Of a stretch of 48,300 nt of DNA, positions 10,116-19,113 are shown one piece after another. The notes beneath the pieces were generated by a model that saw only the letters and a list, made by a program, of their open reading frames with translations, was not told the DNA's origin and did not search any database. Position 1 is the first letter of the stretch. Each line of letters starts with the position of its first letter. Where the stretch lies: contig JARIGO010000024.1 in the NCBI GenBank assembly GCA_029288805.1, positions 1 to 48,300 of the forward strand. Direction: 5' to 3'. The position numbers and the translations under genes were made by a program. This DNA is from Candidatus Nomurabacteria bacterium. GTDB lineage: Bacteria; Patescibacteriota; Minisyncoccia; Phycocordibacterales; UBA9973.

Positions 10116-10709
10116 ATGAAGAATCAAGACGGATTTACATTAGTAGAATTATTGGTATCGCTGGCATTGTTCAGTATCGTTGTCATTGCCGCCATTGGAT
10201 CCTTGTATACTATTAATGAAGCTTCTCAACGCGTCACTGCCATGCGTACGGTGCTGGATAACTTGAACTTTGCCACTGAATCCATGACACGCACTATCCG
10301 TACCGGAGATACTATTGTATGTGGAGGGGTGGAATCAAGCTTTGGCAGTGCTGGTGAGGCAAACTGTCCGCTTGGTAGCAGCGATGGTTCAGATACGATT
10401 TCTCTCAACAGTACTATTGATGGCAGTGGCATTGAATACCGTTGGCGTCAGGATACTGTTACCAATAACCGAGAAATACAGAAGTGTACGCTTACTGACA
10501 GCGGTCAGCTCGATACTGATAAGTGTGTTGCCATTACTGATCCTCAGATCGACATTACAAACTTTAAGTTCTACGTTGACGGGGCTGATGCCAATGACGG
10601 CAAGCAGCCTGGTGTCAGTATCTTCATGCAGGGTGTTGCCAATGCCGGACCAAATAACGTTCAGCCATTTGCCATCCAAACATACGTATCGCAACGTGCG
10701 GGAGAATAA
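10116..10709 (+). CDS. Minor pilin (PilW/GspJ-like)
   Basis: DG|FTLVELLVSLAL prepilin motif from ATG 10116. Confidence 0.85.
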   Translation: MKNQDGFTLVELLVSLALFSIVVIAAIGSLYTINEASQRVTAMRTVLDNLNFATESMTRTIRTGDTIVCGGVESSFGSAGEANCPLGSSDGSDTISLNSTIDGSGIEYRWRQDTVTNNREIQKCTLTDSGQLDTDKCVAITDPQIDITNFKFYVDGADANDGKQPGVSIFMQGVANAGPNNVQPFAIQTYVSQRAGE

Positions 10710-10712
10710 TAT

Positions 10713-11291
10713 ATGAATAAACAAGCAGGATTTACATTAATAGAAACGCTGATTGCCATCTTTATCTTGACGCTTACCATTGGCGGTCTTTTGACACTCG
10801 CTGCAAATGGCTATTATTCCGTTCGGTATTCTCGCAACCAAATTACTGCTAACGACCTCATCGAGGAATCATTGGAATACTTTCACAACAGTCGCGACAG
10901 TGCGGCACAGCAAGGTGTTGGCTGGTCTCAGTGGACTGCAGATTTTAATGTTTCTGATGACGGTACAGTGCTGGGTGGTTCCACTCCTCAGGGGTGCTAT
11001 GCTGATTCAGGCTGTACGGTTGATCTGTATACCACTAACAACCATGTTAAGGCATGCGACAGTACCTGTCCGTTTATTTATTACACGACGAATGGATACT
11101 ATGGATATGACAGTTCCTCATACCCGCTATCGATTGATGCTGGTACTCCTACCCTTACCACATATAAGCGCACCATTACCATGCACATGAATGGACCAGA
11201 CCAGCTTATCGTTACGTCGACAGTGACATGGATGAATGGCAATACTAGCAAGAGTGCTTCACAGTCCATCTTACTAACCAATTGGAAATAA
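10713..11291 (+). CDS. Minor pilin (PilV/GspI-like)
   Basis: AG|FTLIETLIAIFI prepilin motif. Confidence 0.85.
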   Translation: MNKQAGFTLIETLIAIFILTLTIGGLLTLAANGYYSVRYSRNQITANDLIEESLEYFHNSRDSAAQQGVGWSQWTADFNVSDDGTVLGGSTPQGCYADSGCTVDLYTTNNHVKACDSTCPFIYYTTNGYYGYDSSSYPLSIDAGTPTLTTYKRTITMHMNGPDQLIVTSTVTWMNGNTSKSASQSILLTNWK

Positions 11292-11292
11292 C

Positions 11293-13786
<2,494 letters not shown>

Positions 13787-13793
13787 TGTCTAC

Positions 13794-14081
13794 ATGAGTA
13801 CTAATCTTAGTAATGACGATATTAAAAGACTGGCGAATTTGGCGCGTTTGACTGTGCCGGAAGCGGAACTGGAAGCTGTGGGAAAGGACATAACCAATAT
13901 CCTCGGCTTTGTGGACACTATTCAGTCAGTGCAGCTCGGTGATGCAAACAACCAGGAGCCGGATCGTGCAAATATTTTTCGTGAAGATGTCGTGCAGCCA
14001 ATACAGCCATCACATGACCTTATCGAGGCAGCACCGTTGCATCAGGATCATTTTGTAAAAGTGCCAAAAGTTATTGAATGA
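13794..14081 (+). CDS. gatC: Asp/Glu-tRNA amidotransferase subunit C
   Basis: IKRLANLARL, FREDV, FVKVPKVI; immediately upstream of gatA. Confidence 0.92.
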   Translation: MSTNLSNDDIKRLANLARLTVPEAELEAVGKDITNILGFVDTIQSVQLGDANNQEPDRANIFREDVVQPIQPSHDLIEAAPLHQDHFVKVPKVIE

Positions 14082-14082
14082 T

Positions 14083-15480
14083 ATGGAATACCCAACAATA
14101 GAACAATTGCATACGAAACTCGTGAACGGAGAAGTGACTGTCGCTGCTCTTGTCGGTGAATACGTGACACGTGCCAAGGCTAGTGACTTGAATGCCTTCC
14201 GAGAAATTTTTTCTGATGAAGATATTGCAGGGCAGATAGCAAAAGCTGAAGCCATGTTTAAAGACGGTACCGCTACAACACTAACCGGTATTCCTATTGC
14301 AATTAAGGACAACATTTTATTTGCTGAACATACGGTGAGTGGTAGTTCAAAAATGCTTGAACACTATAAGGCTTCATATGATGCTACTGTTATCACAAAG
14401 ATGAAAGCAGCTGGAGCTGTCATCATTGGCCGCACCAATATGGACGAATTTGCCATGGGTTCTTCTACTGAAAACTCTGCATATGGCGTGACAAAAAATC
14501 CTCATGACACAAGCAAGGTTCCGGGCGGTTCATCCGGTGGTTCTGCGGCTGCAGTAGCAGCAGGATTTTGCGTGGCTGCATTTGGTTCAGACACTGGAGG
14601 CTCCATTAGACAACCCGCTGCATTCTGCGGCATCGTTGGCATGCTTCCGACATACGGTACTGTTTCTCGTCATGGCTTGATGGCTATGGGATCGTCATTG
14701 GACGTTATTGGTCCCTTTGCTCATACAGTGGGTGATGCAGAAATTTTTTACAATACTTTCAAGGGCGATGATATGTATGATGGCACATCAGCGGTAGAAG
14801 CTTCATCAGTAAGTTTGAAAAAGCGATTGGCTATTCCGAAAGGCGTATTGGGAAACGGGGGATTGGATGCAGAAGTCGAAGCTAATTTCAAAGACATGGT
14901 TGAAAAGCTGAAAGGCCAAGGATATACCATCGATGAAATTGACTTGCCGCACTTTGCTGATTCTTTGGCTGTCTACTATATCTTGATGCCTGCAGAAGTG
15001 TCTTCAAACTTGGCGCGTCTCGACGGTATTCGGTATGGCGATCGTGCAGAGAGTGCGTCTATCAATGATGTGTATGGTGATACGCGCGGCGCATTGTTTG
15101 GCGCTGAAACTCGTCGCCGTATCTTGCTTGGAACATATGTGCTTTCACATGGATATTATGATGCGTACTACAACAAAGCCGTGGCGTTGCGCAGTACTAT
15201 TCGCAAGGAATTAGAGAATGCATTGCAGAACTACGATGCCATCCTCACTCCAACCACTCCAACTCCGGCATTCGGCATTGGCGAAAAGGTAAATGATCCC
15301 GTCAGCATGTACCTGTCTGACTTGTTTACCGTACCTGCAAACATTGCGCATCATCCCGCTATTTCTGTGCCATCAGGCAAAAGCAGTGCCGGCCTACCAT
15401 TCGGTATTCAGTTCATCGGTCCACGATATGGTGAAGACCTACTCTTTACCCTTGGCAAAGTCATAGAAGATATACGATAA
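14083..15480 (+). CDS. gatA: Asp/Glu-tRNA amidotransferase subunit A
   Basis: IAIKDN, TNMDEFAMGSSTENS, PGGSSGGSAAAV, GSDTGGSIRQPA amidase signature. Confidence 0.96.
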   Translation: MEYPTIEQLHTKLVNGEVTVAALVGEYVTRAKASDLNAFREIFSDEDIAGQIAKAEAMFKDGTATTLTGIPIAIKDNILFAEHTVSGSSKMLEHYKASYDATVITKMKAAGAVIIGRTNMDEFAMGSSTENSAYGVTKNPHDTSKVPGGSSGGSAAAVAAGFCVAAFGSDTGGSIRQPAAFCGIVGMLPTYGTVSRHGLMAMGSSLDVIGPFAHTVGDAEIFYNTFKGDDMYDGTSAVEASSVSLKKRLAIPKGVLGNGGLDAEVEANFKDMVEKLKGQGYTIDEIDLPHFADSLAVYYILMPAEVSSNLARLDGIRYGDRAESASINDVYGDTRGALFGAETRRRILLGTYVLSHGYYDAYYNKAVALRSTIRKELENALQNYDAILTPTTPTPAFGIGEKVNDPVSMYLSDLFTVPANIAHHPAISVPSGKSSAGLPFGIQFIGPRYGEDLLFTLGKVIEDIR

Positions 15481-15487
15481 TACTATC

Positions 15488-16096
15488 GTGCAGCCTGTCC
15501 CTACATATACTCAGTCAGACCCTATAAGCTTCCATCCGCTTGTAGTCTTTGCTCAGCATGTCTTTGCAGATATTTTTTCTGCAGGTTTTTTGTATTTTAT
15601 ATATGTAGTGGCGGCAATCATACTGGTTGCATTAATCACGCTTACCATATGGCTCTTTATTCGCATGTATGAAATTCGCGAGGAAGATAAGAAAAAGAAA
15701 AAACCCGTTGTCATAACAGCTACCACCACTACTCATATGCAAGGTGATACGATTGAAATTGCTGGCCTGCCAGTAGAAAAGGACAATCCCACATGGAAAC
15801 ATATTCGCCAGGAACTGCTTTCTGAAAATCCTGCTGATTGGAAGTTAGCCATTATAGAAGGGGACATATATCTGGACAAGGTGCTTGATGATAAGGGCTT
15901 TCATGGAGATACGACCAGTGACAAATTGAAACAGGTTACTCCCGACAAGTTGCCTTCAATACAGCTTGCTCGCGAAGTGCACTTTATCCGTAACCGCATT
16001 GCCCATGATGGCGCGGCCTTTGTCCTGACCATGCCAGAAGCGCGACGACTGCTTTCATCATATGAAATTGTCTTTACTGATTTGGGAGTAATATAG
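15488..16096 (+). CDS. Conserved-looking hypothetical membrane protein
   Basis: 202-aa ORF with one TM helix and a helical C-terminal domain (WKLAIIEGD...RNRIAHDG); function not recognised. Confidence 0.7.
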   Translation: MQPVPTYTQSDPISFHPLVVFAQHVFADIFSAGFLYFIYVVAAIILVALITLTIWLFIRMYEIREEDKKKKKPVVITATTTTHMQGDTIEIAGLPVEKDNPTWKHIRQELLSENPADWKLAIIEGDIYLDKVLDDKGFHGDTTSDKLKQVTPDKLPSIQLAREVHFIRNRIAHDGAAFVLTMPEARRLLSSYEIVFTDLGVI

Positions 16097-16141
16097 GCTT
16101 GCAATATTTCTGAGGTAATTGTAGAATGCAGACCTATACAT

Positions 16142-16212
16142 CGCGGGGTAGAGAAGTGGTATCTCGTAAGGCTCATAACCTTAAGGCAGCTGTTCGATTC
16201 AGCTCCCCGCAA
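16142..16212 (+). tRNA. tRNA-fMet (CAT), initiator
   Basis: Cloverleaf CGCGGGG/CCCCGCA with C1:A72 mismatch, A11:U24, loop CTCATAA, TTCGATT T-loop; CCA not encoded. Confidence 0.92.
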
Positions 16213-16218
16213 CAATAC

Positions 16219-16255
16219 GCAAAAGGGCTTTTCCTTACAGGAAAAGCCCTTTTGC
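16219..16255 (+). terminator. Terminator after tRNA-fMet
   Basis: GCAAAAGGGCTTTTCCT/AGGAAAAGCCCTTTTGC perfect inverted repeat. Confidence 0.8.
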
Positions 16256-16315
16256 TATCTTGAAATATCGTTTATATATGCTATAGTCTTGTGGCACTAA
16301 TACAAAAAGAGATAT

Positions 16316-16392
16316 GTCGGCGTAGCTCAGTTGGTTAGAGCGTAGCACTCATAAAGCTAAGGTCGGAGGATCGTTCCCTCCCGCCGACACCA
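16316..16392 (+). tRNA. tRNA (CAT), probably elongator Met; Ile2 not excluded
   Basis: GTCGGCG/CGCCGAC acceptor stem, loop CTCATAA, encoded CCA; atypical T-loop ATCGTTC. Confidence 0.85.
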
Positions 16393-16455
16393 TACCGGAT
16401 TTATCTGGTATAATCGAAAAACGTACAGCATGCACCAGCCGCTGTACCTACATAC

Positions 16456-16512
16456 TTGCGGTCGTACCCGCCCGAACGACGTTCAGTCGGGCGGGGCTCA
16501 GCTGGTTAGAGC
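16456..16512 (+). repeat. Duplicated 5' end of tRNA-Asp interrupted by a 29-nt GC-rich hairpin
   Basis: TTGCGGTCGTA-[CCCGCCCGAACGACGTTCAGTCGGGCGGG]-GCTCAGCTGGTTAGAGC; without the bracket it is identical to 16780..16807. Confidence 0.92.
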
Positions 16513-16551
16513 TTGCCCGAATGTGCGGGCGAGTGTCCGTCGATAAAATAT

Positions 16552-16791
16552 ATGTTTATTGTCTACGTCTTACAAGATGAAAATGGTAAATTCTATAAAG
16601 GGTTTACAAATGATCTTGCAAGACGTTTCAGCGAACATGTTTCCGGGCAAACAAAAACAACCAGAAAAATGCCCGGTTTAAAAATTGTCTATACTGAAGA
16701 GTACGAAACTTTAACAGAGGCTCGTGCGAGAGAAGTCTATTTTAAGACTGCTGCAGGTAGAAAATTTTTAAAAAACAAATTGCGGTCGTAG
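16552..16791 (+). CDS. Small stand-alone GIY-YIG nuclease (UPF0213-like)
   Basis: MFIVYVL...FYKGFTNDLARRFSEH...AREVYFK: GIY-YIG strands plus conserved Arg, His and Glu; 79 aa from ATG 16552. Confidence 0.88.
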   Translation: MFIVYVLQDENGKFYKGFTNDLARRFSEHVSGQTKTTRKMPGLKIVYTEEYETLTEARAREVYFKTAAGRKFLKNKLRS

Positions 16792-16855
16792 CTCAGCTGG
16801 TTAGAGCGCCCGCCTGTCACGCGGGAGGTCGGCGGTTCGAGCCCGCTCGATCGCG
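16782..16855 (+). tRNA. tRNA-Asp (GTC)
   Basis: GCGGTCG/CGATCGC acceptor stem, CCCGC-CTGTCAC-GCGGG anticodon arm, TTCGAGC T-loop, G73. Confidence 0.96.
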
Positions 16856-16858
16856 CAA

Positions 16859-16892
16859 AGAAAAACACCTTGTATTATCAAGGTGTTTTTCT
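16859..16892 (+). terminator. Terminator after tRNA-Asp
   Basis: AGAAAAACACCTTG/CAAGGTGTTTTTCT inverted repeat. Confidence 0.8.
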
Positions 16893-17105
16893 GTAGACCT
16901 AATGGACGCTGGAACCAAAGGGTTTTAAAGGAAAGTGTGGTAACGCCCCCGCAACCTTTTAGTGCCATTTTTACCTCCGAAAATGCAACGTAATCCTTCA
17001 AATTCGTTTCAAGTTGCATGTCCAAGCGCCGTTTGAGCCTTTAAAATGGGCACACTGTTTCCGAGTTGGTCCCTAAAATGCAACTTGGTATGCTACTGTA
17101 CTCCA

Positions 17106-17402
17106 ATGAATGAAGAAACAAATAAAACAGGGGAACAGGTCGAGTACTGGCCGACATCAGCGATAGCATGTCTGCTAAATGCGAACAGGACGACCATCTT
17201 CCGTAACATTCGGTCAGGGAAGCTTGCTGCAATAAAGGAGAAGGGCGACTACTGGGTCTCAATCGAGGATGCCGAATACTTCAGCTTTCGCTACAAGCAC
17301 CCCAAGGCATACAGGAGGGCAAGGGAACTTCTCCGTCCGATGGTTCAGGAACTCATCGCCACCGTCTCCGAGGAGAATCTTGAAGAGGTAGGAAATAAGT
17401 AA
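17106..17402 (+). CDS. Excisionase/MerR-type helix-turn-helix DNA-binding protein
   Basis: TSAIACLLNANRTTIFRNIRSGKLAAIKEKGDYWV matches the HTH_17-type pattern. Confidence 0.72.
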   Translation: MNEETNKTGEQVEYWPTSAIACLLNANRTTIFRNIRSGKLAAIKEKGDYWVSIEDAEYFSFRYKHPKAYRRARELLRPMVQELIATVSEENLEEVGNK

Positions 17403-17434
17403 ATCTGATATAGGTGACCAGCGCATTTTTTTTC

Positions 17435-17463
17435 TTGACTCTCATTTTTTTACTTGCGATAAT
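17435..17463 (+). promoter_or_regulatory. Sigma70-type promoter upstream of structured noncoding element
   Basis: TTGACT-17 nt-GATAAT with extended -10 TG. Confidence 0.6.
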
Positions 17464-17710
17464 AGTATTGTTCTCATGTAAGACAAATACATGAGCTTGG
17501 CCGAAAGGTAACGAACAGTACTCATAAAACTATTTACTAGAATATTTAAGAACTCTACAATTATAGAACCATTATTTTGACTAGTACTTAGGCAGGAGGA
17601 GAACCGAAGGGTTCGAATCCAAGTCTTAGTTTGTCCCTAAAATTTGGGCGTTCGGCTGCAGTGCCTAACTCCTGAATGAGTACTGTTCAAAGTTGATGGT
17701 TCTTTTTTTT
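17464..17710 (+). ncRNA. Putative structured noncoding RNA / attenuator of unknown class
   Basis: Promoter upstream; hairpins 17473-17495 and GCC-GAAA-GGT; ~31-bp irregular helix (17565-17598 with 17669-17703) containing G-U pairs, followed by a T-tract. Confidence 0.5.
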
Positions 17711-17770
17711 GTGCGTGGTTTAAAAATCATAAGCTAGTTGAAAGCACCACAAGAAATAATTTTCTAAGAA

Positions 17771-17908
17771 ATGAACAAAAAACAAACTAGTACAAAAGTA
17801 GCCACAATAGCTTCGCATGAGGCTAAAGGCAAGAAAACAACACAGAAACAAAAAATGTCTGTGATCATGAGCGATCTAGCTCAAGCCCGAGGTAAGGGTA
17901 AAAAATAA
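17771..17908 (+). CDS. Small basic protein, 45 aa (absent from ORF track)
   Basis: MNKKQTSTKVATIASHEAKGKKTTQKQKMSVIMSDLAQARGKGKK; clean ORF with A-rich leader. Confidence 0.6.
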   Translation: MNKKQTSTKVATIASHEAKGKKTTQKQKMSVIMSDLAQARGKGKK

Positions 17909-17989
17909 ATCAATAAATGTAAATGCTTTCCCGTGTTGGATTAATCACTTTGCTAAGCTAGTCAGAAGCGACAAGTAAGTTTTACACTC

Positions 17990-18130
17990 ATGATTTACGT
18001 TCATTGTGTCATCCAGCCGGATGGCAAGGTACGATGTCAGCACTTTGACGGCACTTGGTGGCCTGAGGAGAGCAATGCTGGTCAAAAAGAAAAAGACTCG
18101 ACGGGAAGCGAGTCTAATTCAAGAAAATAA
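17990..18130 (+). CDS. Putative microprotein, 46 aa (absent from ORF track)
   Basis: MIYVHCVIQPDGKVRCQHFDGTWWPEESNAGQKEKDSTGSESNSRK; followed by a terminator. Confidence 0.4.
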   Translation: MIYVHCVIQPDGKVRCQHFDGTWWPEESNAGQKEKDSTGSESNSRK

Positions 18131-18148
18131 AATTAAATAGTGACAAAC

Positions 18149-18178
18149 ACAAAGGCATTCGGAAACGGGTGCTTTTGT
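18149..18178 (+). terminator. Intrinsic terminator
   Basis: ACAAAGGCATTCG-GAAA-CGGGTGCTTTTGT. Confidence 0.7.
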
Positions 18179-18437
18179 ATTTTCATTATACCACCGACAA
18201 CGGTGTCGCCAACATATTACTTTTCCACAATGTTTTGTCAATCTTTTTCAGTAGTTTTCAGGTCTAATAAAATTTTTAAATACCCGTTTTGTGTTTTTTT
18301 CATTTAAAACCTGCACGTAGCATATGTTACTCTTACATCATCCACTAGCTACGCTCTGCTGAAAAAGCTAATTTTTATTCTCATTCTTCATGCCGTCTTC
18401 GGTTCCAACTCGTCCTCGTTCCTGACGTCCTCTATCA

Positions 18438-18513
18438 GGTTGCGCAACGAAAAAGAACCCAATTTCTAGGGTTCTTTTTCTTTAGGGTCAAACGGAATTT
18501 GAGCTGGTATACT
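18438..18513 (+). repeat. Cassette header: tRNA-Asp 3'-end-like sequence, terminator and promoter
   Basis: GGTTGCGCAACGAAAAAGAAC...GTTCTTTTTCT aligns with 16849..16892, then TTGAGCTGGTATACT. Confidence 0.7.
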
Positions 18514-18519
18514 TTAAAG

Positions 18520-19020
18520 ATGTTAAAAACCCCAGAAACATCAAATGATTTTTTTCAAATTGCGGCTATTCACAATAAAGCTGTTATCCCATTTCTATCA
18601 ATTTATTCCGAAGAAGAAAAAAATGATAAGGGGCTATTCAATGAAACAGAGGAATCGATGATAGAAATGAGTCATTCAAGAAACATATTTTGTTTTGAAG
18701 ATAAAAATAACATTGTTGGGTATATTGCATTTAGAAAAAAGAATAATGATACTGCTTGGGTCAGTTCATTATATATAGATCCACAATCACAAGGTAAGGG
18801 AATCGGTTCAGAATTATTGAAAGCAGTAGAAATATTTGCAAAAGAACAAGGCTGTATTGTTGTAGCCTTAGAAACACATAAAGATGCAACATGGGCTCTC
18901 AATTTTTATGAAAAAAATGGATATAAAATCATAAATGATGAAATTTCTTCCTACCCATATAATAAGATTTTAGATAAACCCCCGGTACCTAATAGGCCAT
19001 TGTTGGCAAAGGTTCTATAA
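18520..19020 (+). CDS. GNAT family N-acetyltransferase
   Basis: LYIDPQSQGKGIGSELL acetyl-CoA motif, ALNFYEKNGY; AT-rich. Confidence 0.9.
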   Translation: MLKTPETSNDFFQIAAIHNKAVIPFLSIYSEEEKNDKGLFNETEESMIEMSHSRNIFCFEDKNNIVGYIAFRKKNNDTAWVSSLYIDPQSQGKGIGSELLKAVEIFAKEQGCIVVALETHKDATWALNFYEKNGYKIINDEISSYPYNKILDKPPVPNRPLLAKVL

Positions 19021-19035
19021 TAATTTCCTCAAACA

Positions 19036-19107
19036 GGTCGCACATAGAAAAAGAACCCTAGAAATGGGGTTTTTCTATATATTCAATAAAACTTGAGCTG
19101 CTATACT
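19036..19107 (+). repeat. Second cassette header
   Basis: GGTCGCACATAGAAAAAGAACCCTAGAAATGGGGTTTTTCT then TTGAGCTGCTATACT; same layout as 18438..18513. Confidence 0.7.
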
Positions 19108-19113
19108 AGATAT

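Noticed and set aside
16456-16855. Intron-containing or split tRNA-Asp
   Set aside because: The downstream tRNA is complete on its own, and no group I core or bulge-helix-bulge is visible
15901-17025. Minus-strand ORFs 15901..16215 and 16801..17025
   Set aside because: Antisense shadows of tRNA genes with no protein motif
17591-17680. c-di-AMP (ydaO) riboswitch, tRNA fragment, SRP or 6S RNA identity for the structured element
   Set aside because: Only scattered short resemblances (GGAGGAGAACC, GAATCC, CTAACTCC); conserved cores and spacing could not be matched by eye, so an Rfam scan is needed
18063-18095. Hammerhead-like CTGAGGAG core
   Set aside because: Stem II is not followed by CGAAA, and no stems I/III around a cleavage triplet are evident
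18385-18437. Possible recombinase C-terminal remnant (FGSN) or T-loop-like GGTTCCAAC before the cassette header
   Set aside because: Too short and not within a credible ORF
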